From Edaphobacter aggregans (lineage in GTDB: Bacteria > Acidobacteriota > Terriglobia > Terriglobales > Acidobacteriaceae), in assembly GCF_003945235.1 (NCBI RefSeq), contig NZ_RSDW01000001.1, positions 3,060,001-3,092,000 on the forward strand: a stretch of 32,000 nt of DNA, in the 5' to 3' direction. The position numbers and the translations under genes are program-made. The notes beneath the pieces were generated by a model, which worked only from the letters and a program-made list of their open reading frames with translations, was not told where the DNA came from and searched no databases. Below, one piece after another: positions 23,392 through 31,985 of this stretch (the stretch's first letter is position 1; each line of letters begins with the position of its first letter).

Positions 23392-24528
23392 TTATTCAGC
23401 CAGGACGGCCTTGGTCAAATTGCGCGGATGGTCCACATCGATCCCATTGTTGATGGCCATCCAGCAAGAGAGCAGCTGTAGCGGAATGACCTCGCATACT
23501 GCCAGCAGAGCCTCGGGACTCTCTTCCACATACACGGTGTGGCTGGCGAGCTCTCCCACGACATCATCCCCGACGTTCGCAATGGCAAGAATGCTAGCCC
23601 CCTGCTCACGCATGTCGCGCATCAATAGCAGAACTTTTTCATAACGCTGTACGGAGTCCGCATCGGCACGATCGACCGTGGCGATCATCACCAATGGCGT
23701 GCCCTCCGCGACCAGAGCATTTGGACCATGCTTCAGCTCTCCGCTGGGATAACCCTCGGCATGGAGGTACGCCGATTCCTTGAGCTTCAGCGCGCCCTCG
23801 CGAGCGATGGAGTAGTGGACGCCTCGCCCCAGAAAGAGAAAATTTTTTGCCGTCCGGTACTCCCCGGCGACCCGCCGCATTGCATCGTCCCACCCCTTGA
23901 GCTGTTTCTCAATGCGCAAGGGGAGCTGAGCGACCTCCCGGAGACGAACCACGAGCTCCGAGGCCTCGATCGCACCGCGCACTTCGGCGCTCATCAGGGC
24001 AAGCAGATAGAGATTCAGTAGTTGCGCGGTAAAGCTCTTGGTGGCTGGAATGGCGCGTTCGCGACCCGCCACGGTTGGGAAGGAGGCCGTCGCTTCACGC
24101 GCCATAGTCGAATCGTCTACATTGGTAATCGCCAAAGTAGCGTGGCCCGCAAGGTTGGCCTTGCGTAAGGCGGCGAGCGTGTCGGCCGTCTCGCCAGATT
24201 GGGAGACGACCATCACCGCAGCGTCCGCCGAAGATTTTGCCGGGCGATAGCAGTATTCGCTGGCATACTCCACGTCGACGGCAATGCCGCTGAGATCTTC
24301 TATCACCAGCTCGGCGAACAGACCCGCGTGACGGCTGGAGCCGCTCGCCGCAATAACTAGCTTGTTCTCAATACTCGACAGCCAATCGAATGTGGAGGCA
24401 CAGGTGTTTGCCCGGAATCCGTCGTCCTCCACATAATGGTCGACCGTCGCGGACAGGGTTGCGGGCTGTTCGTAGATCTCCCTCAGCATCCAATGAGGAT
24501 AGGGAGAGGGATTGTTCGTATTCGTCAC
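23392..24528 (-). CDS. GlmS-like tandem-SIS sugar-phosphate isomerase/deaminase lacking the glutaminase domain (AgaS/NagB-II-like)
   Basis: PYPHWMLREIYEQP aligns with the start of the GlmS isomerase domain. Two SIS modules are present (VIAASGSSRHAG..., VVSQSGETADT...; FLFLGRG..YSIAREGALKLKE). The GlmS-like C-terminus reads DVDHPRNLTKAVLAE. The listed ATG 24615 extension is AT-rich and unlike coding DNA here. GTG 24528 or ATG 24489 are more plausible starts, and the choice is uncertain. Confidence 0.8.
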   Translation of the reverse strand: MTNTNNPSPYPHWMLREIYEQPATLSATVDHYVEDDGFRANTCASTFDWLSSIENKLVIAASGSSRHAGLFAELVIEDLSGIAVDVEYASEYCYRPAKSSADAAVMVVSQSGETADTLAALRKANLAGHATLAITNVDDSTMAREATASFPTVAGRERAIPATKSFTAQLLNLYLLALMSAEVRGAIEASELVVRLREVAQLPLRIEKQLKGWDDAMRRVAGEYRTAKNFLFLGRGVHYSIAREGALKLKESAYLHAEGYPSGELKHGPNALVAEGTPLVMIATVDRADADSVQRYEKVLLLMRDMREQGASILAIANVGDDVVGELASHTVYVEESPEALLAVCEVIPLQLLSCWMAINNGIDVDHPRNLTKAVLAE

Positions 24529-24555
24529 GTCGCTAAGCCCCGCTAAAATTGATCG

Positions 24556-24577
24556 TTTAGTGCCTATACAATCAAAA
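24556..24577 (+). promoter_or_regulatory. Candidate operator motif, copy 1 (SIS/DeoR divergent region)
   Basis: tttagtgcctatacaatcaaaa matches tttagcgcctataagctcaaac at 25705-25726 at 17 of 22 positions, in the same orientation. Its 3' end, caatcaaaa (24569-24577), forms a perfect 9-bp inverted repeat with ttttgattg (24616-24624). Confidence 0.35.
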
Positions 24578-24654
24578 TAGAGCACATTTATGTGTTCTTC
24601 AAGAAAAATATCCATTTTTGATTGAATCGGCTGGGTTACACTCAGAAGCTAGCC

Positions 24655-25440
24655 ATGTCCACTAAGACAGATCTGCGCGCTGATCGCATCATGAAGGCTT
24701 TGCTCCGTGCAGGAGACATCTCGGTTCAGGAACTCGTCGAGCAAGTCGGAATCTCGGCCCCCAGCATTCGGCGAGATCTGGCGCGTTTGGAGAAAAAAGG
24801 CCTCGTTCTCCGCACGCATGGTGGCGCGACCCTTGTCGAATCATTGCTTTACGAGCCCTTTCGCCACGACACATCCTTTCAGGCCCGTGAGCTGCGTTCA
24901 GCCGATGCAAAGCGACGTATTGGCCTGGCTGCTAGTGAGTTGATCGGCGAGACCGAGACCATCGGGTTGACCGCCGGCACCACCACCACCCAGATTGGCC
25001 GGTCACTGCGGCACCGCCGAGGCATCTCAGTCATCACCAACGCGCTCAACATCGGGATGGAGTTGTGCAATCAGCCTGCCATCAAGACGATGATCACCGG
25101 CGGAACACTCGCCTGGGCGTGGACGTTCGCGCTTGCCGGCCAGCCTGCGCTGAACTTCCTGCGCGATGTCTATCTGGACAAAGCCTTTATCGGCGTGACA
25201 GGCTTTGATCTGGAGCGCGGAATCACCACGCTGGAGTCGGAAGAGGCTGCGGTCTCGCTGGCCATGCTTCGCAACGCAAAGCGTGTGATTGTCGTCGCCG
25301 ACTCCAAGAAAATCGGAAATGTCAGTCCTGCGCTGATCTGTCCGATCACAGCCATCCACGTACTCGTGACCGACACCGACATCCCCCAGGAGATCCACGA
25401 CGAACTTGTGGCTCGTGGAATCGAAGTCATTCTCGCTTAG
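24655..25440 (+). CDS. DeoR/GlpR-family transcriptional regulator (AgaR-like)
   Basis: The N-terminal wHTH is RIMKALLRAGDISVQELVEQVGISAPSIRRDLARLEKKGLVLRTHGGA. The C-terminal DeoR sugar-phosphate sensor domain reads IGLTAGTTT...AFIGVTGFDLERGIT...VIVVADSKKIG. Start set at ATG 24655, while the listed ORF begins at TTG 24622. Confidence 0.9.
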   Translation: MSTKTDLRADRIMKALLRAGDISVQELVEQVGISAPSIRRDLARLEKKGLVLRTHGGATLVESLLYEPFRHDTSFQARELRSADAKRRIGLAASELIGETETIGLTAGTTTTQIGRSLRHRRGISVITNALNIGMELCNQPAIKTMITGGTLAWAWTFALAGQPALNFLRDVYLDKAFIGVTGFDLERGITTLESEEAAVSLAMLRNAKRVIVVADSKKIGNVSPALICPITAIHVLVTDTDIPQEIHDELVARGIEVILA

Positions 25441-25704
25441 TCCCTGTCGGGGAACGTCTTTGAATCCAACGCGGTATTTCTAGCGAACAAGCGACTTTCA
25501 TGGACTTCTTCGTTGAGTGAGCGACGGCGTCTCTTGGCCCATAGAACGCGCGGCTAGATCCTGGATTTCTGCGCGCAGAACCAGGGTCCTGTGGAAAACC
25601 TTTGGAAAAGCTCGCACTCCTACGTTGCTGCTGATGACGGTTCGCAAGCTATAACCATGTCGATTGGCAACTCGAGCAGGCCTGCAAGTATCGGAAACTG
25701 ACCA

Positions 25705-25726
25705 TTTAGCGCCTATAAGCTCAAAC
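25705..25726 (+). promoter_or_regulatory. Candidate operator motif, copy 2 (upstream of TonB-dependent receptor)
   Basis: tttagcgcctataagctcaaac matches 24556-24577 at 17 of 22 positions. It lies ~205 nt upstream of the receptor ATG, at the edge of an AT-rich tract. Confidence 0.35.
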
Positions 25727-25784
25727 TGTTGGGTGTAATGAGCCACAAAAGCAAATTTATTTTCACAAAACGCTAATTTTCTTC

Positions 25785-25813
25785 TTGCATATCTTCGTCG
25801 ATGAGGATAAGTT
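25785..25813 (+). promoter_or_regulatory. Candidate sigma-70-type promoter of the receptor gene
   Basis: TTGCAT (25785-25790), a 17-nt spacer, then TAAGTT (25808-25813), within the only AT-rich stretch of the 490-bp intergenic region. This is pattern match only. Confidence 0.25.
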
Positions 25814-25931
25814 TCACACAATTGTCACAGAACTGATCGTCTTAGCCACATTTGAACAAAAAAGTGGCCGTAACGCCCTCTGTCAGCAGTTATCTGTCGT
25901 GAAACTTTCTTGAAAGCCCGGGAGACCACCG

Positions 25932-28900
25932 ATGTTCGTCAAATACAACAGACTCATATCCGCAGCGACGCTCAATCTCGCGTTGCTGTTTGCGGCTGGC
26001 GCCACCTGTCTTACCTTGGCGACCGCGTTGCCTGCCTCTGCCCAGCAGGCCTCCGGAGCGATTACAGGCACAGTCCTCGATCCACTCGACGCCGCCATTT
26101 CCAATGCCACGGTCACTGTTCGAGACCTGGATCGCGGAACCACCTGGACGGCGAAGACCAGCAACGCAGGCATCTACGAGTTCCCGCAGATTCCCGTGGG
26201 CAACGTTGAGATCAACGTGAAGGCCCCCGGCTTTACCACAGCGCACCGCAACTCCTTCACCTTGGTACTGAACCAGGTCGCCCGGGTAGACTTCAGGCTG
26301 AAGGTTGGCGATGTGACCTCGACGGTCGAGGTAAGCGATGCTCCCCCGCTGCTCCAGACCGCCTCGACTGAGGTGGGCACGCTCATTGACGCGAAGGCCA
26401 CAACTTCGCTCCCACTCGCAACCCGGGACACTAACCAGCTAACCCTCTTGGCACCGGGCGTCATCAGTCCCAACATCTTCGCCTTCCAATCGTCGCAGAC
26501 CACCTTCGGCACCGGCCGTCCCTACGTCAACGGCGCACGCGAGCAGGACAATAACTTCTCTCTCGACGGTATGGACGTCAACCAGGCCGACAACAACGAC
26601 GTCGCCTATGTTCCCAGCCCCGACGCCATTCAGGGATTCAACATCATCACCAGCAACGCGCCGGCCGACTTCGGTAACTACATCGGTGGCGTCATCGTAG
26701 AGTCGCTCAAGTCAGGCACCAATGAGTTCCACGGAAACGTCTTCGAATTCTTCCGCAATACCGTTCTCAATGCGAACACCTGGCAGAACAAGGCTAACGC
26801 ATACATCGTCGGCCAGGACGGAAACGTCGCCGGCTCCACTTTGCCTCGCGCCGCTCTGCAATGGAACGAGTTTGGCGCCACTATCGGCGGTCCCATCCTC
26901 AAGAACAAGCTGTTCTTCTTCGCCGACTTCCAGGGCATGATCAACAACACTCCCAAGACCTACCAGGCGAACAGCATCATTCCGACGCAGTATCTCTCCG
27001 GAGACTTCGGAGCCCTCTGCACCAGTCAGGGAGCTACATTCGTCAACGGCGTCTGCTCAAACCCTGTCCTGCAGCTCTACATGCCCACCGCCAGCGCAAC
27101 GCCGGGCAGCCGTACGCCTTACCTGAATAACAAGGTTCCCGTCAGCAGCAAAGTGGCATCGTCCATCGTTTCCTCACCTCTCTTCATACAGCAGGAAGGC
27201 CAACAGAACTACGCCACCAGCGGCTTTGTTCATTCCTATCAGGGCGATGTGAAGATCGACTGGCAGGCATCTCCCAAAGATCACGTCATGGGACGCTACT
27301 CCCAGATGTACACCATCAACACCAGCAGCAATGGCATCGACGTGTTGACGCCGAACCTCACCCGCGAATATCCGTTGAAGAACTTTGTCATCAACTACGA
27401 TCGCACCATCACACCGACGCTGGTCAACGAACTCCGTCTCGGTGCCCAGATCTTCCCGGCAAACGACCAGCAGTTCACCAACGCAGCCGGCGGAAATCTG
27501 CCCCAGCAATTCGGTTTGCCCGGCGTTCCGGGAGACATTCTTCCCGCAATGTCCTTCGGGTATCAGCCCATCGGAAGCACCAACGGCGTCGAGATCTTCC
27601 ACGACTCCACCATCCAGGTCGAAGATTCGCTCACCTGGACCCACGGCAAGCACTCCATCCACACTGGTTTCGAGCTCTACCACTACATCATGAACGACGT
27701 CTACGCCGGGAACTCCGGTGCCTCCGGCGGGTTCATCTTCTCCGGTCAGTACACCGCCAACCCCAACGCGTGCCAGACGGATCCAGTGTCTCAAAAGCCC
27801 GTATGCGCTGCCGGAAGCCCGTTCGCCGACTTCCTGCTGGGCCTGCCACAGGAAGTTCAGCAGGGTGCCCCCCTGCACTTCAATCTGCGCAACAGCCTCT
27901 TCGGAGCCTTCGTGCAGGATACCTACCAGGCCACCTCCAACGTCACTCTCACCCTGGGTCTGCGCTATGAGCTCACCACGGCTCGCGGCGACAAAGATGC
28001 CAGCAAGAACGTGAACTACGATCTCGTCACCGGTCAGCCGGAGATTGGGAAGAACTACAACACCTATACCGGGATCACCAACTTCCAGCCGCGTCTCGGC
28101 GTTGCCTGGAAGCCGACTTGGGCTCCAAACACGGTCTTCCGCGGCGCTTATGACCTCTCCACATACATGGAAGGCAACGGCGTCAACAATATGGCGGTCA
28201 TCAATCCTCCGAACGTCATCCTGACGGACATCAAGAACAACGCCGGCGCGGCTCTGAACCTGCCCGCCACAACACTGGATCAGGGTTACTCCACGTTCTC
28301 GACGGCCTGTACCCCTGCTCAATTCCTTGCTCTTGCTTCAAATTGCATCTCCGGAGTGCAGGCTCACGCGACCGACCCCAACCTTCGGCCGGCTGTGGAT
28401 CAGCAGTGGAACGTGGTGGTTCAGCATCAGTTCAGGGGCAATGCCACCGCTTCGCTCGGTTATGTCGGCAACAAGATCGATCACTTGTCCGACATCTACC
28501 TGTACAACCAGAAGCAAATCAACTCGGCCGGCACTGTGGTCCCTGGCCCATATATGAAGCAGCTCCTTGCTGCTGGCGTCGGTCAGGCTCGCTTCAACGG
28601 CTCGGACGGCGTCTCCTCTTTCAACGCGCTGGAAGCCACAGTGGCGCAGAGAAACTTCCATGGCCTCGACCTCCAGTTCTCCTACACCTGGTCGAAGTGC
28701 CTCACGAACACCCTCGGCTACTTCGGCTCCTACGGCGACGAAGAGGGAGCTGGTGAATCACAGACCCAGGCCACGCAGAACTTCTTCCAGAACGAGTACA
28801 ACCCCAAGGCTGACTACGGTCGTTGCACTACTGACGCCGCGTCCAACTTCGGTGGCTACGCGCTCTACAGCCTTCCGTTCGGCAGGGGCAAGACCTTCGG

Positions 28901-29492
28901 TAACAGTGTCAACAGGGCTGTGGATCAGGTCATCGGCGGCTGGCAGGTTGCAACCGATCTGTCCTTCCGCTCAGGCTTCGGAATCACTCCCTTTGCAGGC
29001 GCCTACGCAGGCGACTACAACCCCAACTCTGCATCCTCGCTCACCGGTTCCTACCAGCCACGACCAAACTGCGTGGCAGGCGTCTCGGGCAGTCAGGCCA
29101 TGCAGACAGTTCAGATTGGCAGCAGCATCGGCAAAGTCGATCTCAACCCTGCTGCTCTCACAGGAACAACCGACGGCCAGTTTGGTAACTGCTCTTCCGG
29201 CTCGTTGCGTGGTCCCAGCCTGAAGACAGCCAATCTCAACCTGACCAAGAATTTCCCGGTCACGGAGAGGGTCTACGCGACCTTTGGAGCCCAGTTCATC
29301 AACCTGACGAATACGCCGATCTTCAGCGTACCGGCAAGCTGGTGGGGTCAGTACAGCTCCTGCGCAAGCTGCAACGGCGTTCGCACCACCGGCTTCAACG
29401 GTGGCGGCAGCGGAACAGTCGGGTCCTTTGGTCTGCTTGACGGCTCCAACCCTGGCCGCCAGGTCGAACTCTCACTCAAGCTGAACTACTAA
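25932..29492 (+). CDS. TonB-dependent receptor with N-terminal carboxypeptidase-regulatory-like domain
   Basis: Signal peptide ...LATALPASAQQ. The CarboxypepD_reg domain is GAITGTVLDPLDAAISNATVTVRDLDRGTTWTAKTSNAGIYEFPQIPVGNVEINVKAPGF. The plug contains DAKATTSLPLATRD...LLAPGV and VNGAREQDNNFSLDGMDVN. A long barrel ends ...QVELSLKLNY. 1186 aa. Confidence 0.92.
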   Translation: MFVKYNRLISAATLNLALLFAAGATCLTLATALPASAQQASGAITGTVLDPLDAAISNATVTVRDLDRGTTWTAKTSNAGIYEFPQIPVGNVEINVKAPGFTTAHRNSFTLVLNQVARVDFRLKVGDVTSTVEVSDAPPLLQTASTEVGTLIDAKATTSLPLATRDTNQLTLLAPGVISPNIFAFQSSQTTFGTGRPYVNGAREQDNNFSLDGMDVNQADNNDVAYVPSPDAIQGFNIITSNAPADFGNYIGGVIVESLKSGTNEFHGNVFEFFRNTVLNANTWQNKANAYIVGQDGNVAGSTLPRAALQWNEFGATIGGPILKNKLFFFADFQGMINNTPKTYQANSIIPTQYLSGDFGALCTSQGATFVNGVCSNPVLQLYMPTASATPGSRTPYLNNKVPVSSKVASSIVSSPLFIQQEGQQNYATSGFVHSYQGDVKIDWQASPKDHVMGRYSQMYTINTSSNGIDVLTPNLTREYPLKNFVINYDRTITPTLVNELRLGAQIFPANDQQFTNAAGGNLPQQFGLPGVPGDILPAMSFGYQPIGSTNGVEIFHDSTIQVEDSLTWTHGKHSIHTGFELYHYIMNDVYAGNSGASGGFIFSGQYTANPNACQTDPVSQKPVCAAGSPFADFLLGLPQEVQQGAPLHFNLRNSLFGAFVQDTYQATSNVTLTLGLRYELTTARGDKDASKNVNYDLVTGQPEIGKNYNTYTGITNFQPRLGVAWKPTWAPNTVFRGAYDLSTYMEGNGVNNMAVINPPNVILTDIKNNAGAALNLPATTLDQGYSTFSTACTPAQFLALASNCISGVQAHATDPNLRPAVDQQWNVVVQHQFRGNATASLGYVGNKIDHLSDIYLYNQKQINSAGTVVPGPYMKQLLAAGVGQARFNGSDGVSSFNALEATVAQRNFHGLDLQFSYTWSKCLTNTLGYFGSYGDEEGAGESQTQATQNFFQNEYNPKADYGRCTTDAASNFGGYALYSLPFGRGKTFGNSVNRAVDQVIGGWQVATDLSFRSGFGITPFAGAYAGDYNPNSASSLTGSYQPRPNCVAGVSGSQAMQTVQIGSSIGKVDLNPAALTGTTDGQFGNCSSGSLRGPSLKTANLNLTKNFPVTERVYATFGAQFINLTNTPIFSVPASWWGQYSSCASCNGVRTTGFNGGGSGTVGSFGLLDGSNPGRQVELSLKLNY

Positions 29493-29502
29493 TTGGCAAC
29501 TA

Positions 29503-29542
29503 CGAGACTCCGCAGGCATCCCCCTGCGGAGTCTCGTGTTTT
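29503..29542 (+). terminator. Rho-independent terminator of the receptor gene
   Basis: Perfect 14-bp stem cgagactccgcagg (29503-29516) / cctgcggagtctcg (29523-29536) with a 6-nt loop, followed by tgtttt. It starts 11 nt after the stop codon. Confidence 0.9.
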
Positions 29543-29596
29543 AACGGCGCTCCGGGCACACGTTGCTCCGGAGGAGTTGGAGTCAAGAGCAATCGA

Positions 29597-30331
29597 ATGC
29601 GCAACATTATCTTTGAGCTTTGTGCTGAAACGATCGATGCCTGTCTGGCAGCAAAAGAGGGTGGAGCGCATCGCGTCGAACTCTGTTCAGGCCTGAGTGA
29701 AGGTGGACTTACGCCGAGTCACGGCCTGGTCCAGGCAGCCATCGAGCGCAGCGGACTTCCGGTTCATGTGCTCCTTCGTCCACGCGGCGGCGGCTTCCAG
29801 TACACCGAGTCTGAGATTTCGGTAATGCGGGAAGACATACAGCACGTGAAGCAGTTAGGTGCAGTTGGAGTCGTCCTCGGGCTGTTGCGGGCCGATGGTT
29901 CGGTGGATGTTGAATCCGTTAGCGGCCTTGTGCAACTTGCACATCCGATGAAGGTGACGTTTCACCGTGCCTTCGACGTAACACCCTCATTGCCTCAGGC
30001 GCTGGAGGATGCCATCGCCGCCGGTTGCGACCGCATCCTCACCTCAGGCGGCCACAGTGATGTCGTAGAGGGCACTTCCTGCCTGTCTCAGCTGGTTGGT
30101 CAAGCGAACCAGCGCATCGTAGTCGCCGTCGGGGGCGGTCTGCGGCTCAAGGATGCCGGATCGCTGGCACGGCTTACCGGCGCAGCGCACTTCCACGGCT
30201 CTCTCCGGCGAAGGCTGAGCAGCGGGCGACCCTCGAATGAAGCCGTCGACGAGTCACGGAGCTTCGGAGAACGGTATGTCGTCGATCCGGACGACATTCG
30301 CTCAATCATTCATCAACTCCAGAGCGCCTGA
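29597..30331 (+). CDS. cutC: CutC-family protein (TIM-barrel 'copper homeostasis' protein)
   Basis: FELCAETIDACLAAKEGGAHRVELCSGLSEGGLTPSHG...VHVLLRPRGGGFQYTESE...GVVLGLL...VTFHRAFD...RILTSGG is colinear with CutC family proteins. 244 aa. Confidence 0.88.
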   Translation: MRNIIFELCAETIDACLAAKEGGAHRVELCSGLSEGGLTPSHGLVQAAIERSGLPVHVLLRPRGGGFQYTESEISVMREDIQHVKQLGAVGVVLGLLRADGSVDVESVSGLVQLAHPMKVTFHRAFDVTPSLPQALEDAIAAGCDRILTSGGHSDVVEGTSCLSQLVGQANQRIVVAVGGGLRLKDAGSLARLTGAAHFHGSLRRRLSSGRPSNEAVDESRSFGERYVVDPDDIRSIIHQLQSA

Positions 30332-30345
30332 GCCCAGCCGTAGAG

Positions 30346-30846
30346 CTAATCGTTTGCGTCTCTTGCTTCAGGCATAACGAGGTAAAGCAGAACGATGCCT
30401 AGCACGACAAACATTCTGAATGCGGCGTCCTGACCGTTCCAGGTTCTCGACTGCCACATAAGAAACCATTCGCCCCCAACACTCAAAAACGCCACCGACC
30501 ACATCAGTATGCCGAGGGTAAGAGCAATGACACCCACATTCTTTGAGCGGATGAACTGTTCAGCAGGAAGCTTCAATGCGCGCACCAGACTGATGCCGCC
30601 CCACCAACAAAGGACGGCGGTGATGATCTCCCAAAAGATGATGGAGAGATAAAAAATGGTATGAATGCTCGGCTTGTTGATAGCGCGCCACATACCGCCG
30701 TTGCCGGGAAAGGTGGAGTCCATCTGAAGAACGTGACGGACGAATTGGTAGTTGGAGTTGTAGTCCGTCGTGTTGTTGAAGACAACAAATGTGTAGAACA
30801 GAGCCACAGAGAATACAAGGAGACACTTCGAGACTCGAACCGCCAT
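30346..30846 (-). CDS. DUF2165-family small integral membrane protein
   Basis: VALFYTFVVFNNTTDYNSNYQFVRHVLQMDSTFP...IFWEIITAVLCWWGG...GGEWFLMWQS matches the DUF2165 pattern with 4 TM segments. Start set at ATG 30846 because a perfect SD aggagg lies 7 nt upstream. The listed start 30921 adds a non-hydrophobic 25-aa extension. Confidence 0.8.
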   Translation of the reverse strand: MAVRVSKCLLVFSVALFYTFVVFNNTTDYNSNYQFVRHVLQMDSTFPGNGGMWRAINKPSIHTIFYLSIIFWEIITAVLCWWGGISLVRALKLPAEQFIRSKNVGVIALTLGILMWSVAFLSVGGEWFLMWQSRTWNGQDAAFRMFVVLGIVLLYLVMPEARDAND

Positions 30847-30962
30847 CAACTTCCTCCTGGAGCGAAGATCCAAAAATAGCCCGGAGCGCATTGACGGTCG
30901 CGTCGTCAAAGCGCGTACCAAGCCTTGTAAATGCCTTTAGATGGCACCGTGATCTGGAGCCA

Positions 30963-31985
30963 TCACCTTTCAGAACTTAAAGTGTTGTTAGCGAAGCCGA
31001 CCCGTCCTTCGCGAATGATCTTCGAGAAGTCTGGACTTTGGTCGGCACCTCTTGCTGCGGCGTTGATGTGTGCCTGCTCCCTCAGCGCCGATAGCGGTAA
31101 ACCACCGGTAACTATGGCGCCGCGTTCGTACAACATCTCATCCATCTTGCCGTTCAGCAGGATGCGCCAGTCCAGGCGCATGCGGATGTTACGCGCCTCA
31201 GCGGTAGTCACTGCAATGTTGGTAGTGCAGTTGTCGGTCAAGGCGTTATACCACTCGGGGCGCTCATGCAAGCTGTTGACGCGCTGCAAGTAGTCGAGGA
31301 AGATCTTGCGCACGAGCGGCGGACTAGCCGTAGTGCGAAAGATATGTACCTCTTCATCCTTACGGTAGTTGGTCCGCAAGCGTATGACGTCGCGCTCGTC
31401 GCTGACTATATAGATAAGCGTGTACTGCCGGAAAAACCCCCGGATGGCCGAATAACTTTGGCCCACCTCGTTACGCGTCTCGATGGACATCGCGACATGA
31501 CCCTGCTCGCCGAAATCGAAACTCACGATGGGATGCGCGATCCAGGGCGAGCCCCACCAGGTTATAAAGAGGTCGGCACCCCGAAGGTTCGCCAAATCAA
31601 ACGAACGAACCTCCCATTGACAGGTGTAGTCCTTCTCTGTGCGATAGTCACAATTCCGAAAGTTGTGGATGGTGACATGATCTCCGTTGATCTCGGCGAA
31701 AGCGGTCTTCGCATTGTCAGGTTCCCAGTTGCGATCGTTCGACGGCTTGATCGATAGCCACGCGATAAGAACGATGACGAATCCCGCGAAAGCAATCATC
31801 ATCCCCATGTGGCCGCGGCGCAGGAAAGACAAAGCCGTCAGCATTGTAACGAGATACAGGATGGCGACGACTGTCCGCAACGACCCGAACGGAGAGTCGA
31901 AGTAGATCGCCGCTGCCGCCCACACGGTTACAAGCACAGCGACGATAATTGCGAGCATGAACACTGTCCTAAGTAGCCATCGCAC
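30963..31985 (-). CDS. DUF4105 (Lnb N-terminal domain-like) membrane-anchored protein
   Basis: Three N-terminal TM helices, then WEPDNAKTAFAEINGDHVTIHNFRNCDY...DLFITWWGSPWIAHPIVSFDFG...MSIETRNEVGQSYSAIRGFFRQYTLIYIVSDERDVIRLRTNYR, typical of DUF4105. The GTG start at 31985 is uncertain because it is close to the window edge. Confidence 0.75.
   Translation of the reverse strand: MRWLLRTVFMLAIIVAVLVTVWAAAAIYFDSPFGSLRTVVAILYLVTMLTALSFLRRGHMGMMIAFAGFVIVLIAWLSIKPSNDRNWEPDNAKTAFAEINGDHVTIHNFRNCDYRTEKDYTCQWEVRSFDLANLRGADLFITWWGSPWIAHPIVSFDFGEQGHVAMSIETRNEVGQSYSAIRGFFRQYTLIYIVSDERDVIRLRTNYRKDEEVHIFRTTASPPLVRKIFLDYLQRVNSLHERPEWYNALTDNCTTNIAVTTAEARNIRMRLDWRILLNGKMDEMLYERGAIVTGGLPLSALREQAHINAAARGADQSPDFSKIIREGRVGFANNTLSSER

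Noticed and set aside
24529-24615. ATG 24615 as the start of the SIS gene (MDIFLEEHINVLYFDCIGTK...).
   Set aside because: This stretch is AT-rich with codon usage unlike every gene in the window. It contains the operator-like motif, and GlmS homology starts only at ...PYPHWMLREIYEQP. The exact start remains uncertain, with GTG 24528 or ATG 24489 as candidates.
25498-25821. 107-aa minus-strand ORF in the DeoR-to-receptor intergenic region.
   Set aside because: It has no recognisable motif, and its 5' third lies in the AT-rich promoter-like tract. I could not support it as a gene or a pseudogene from sequence alone.
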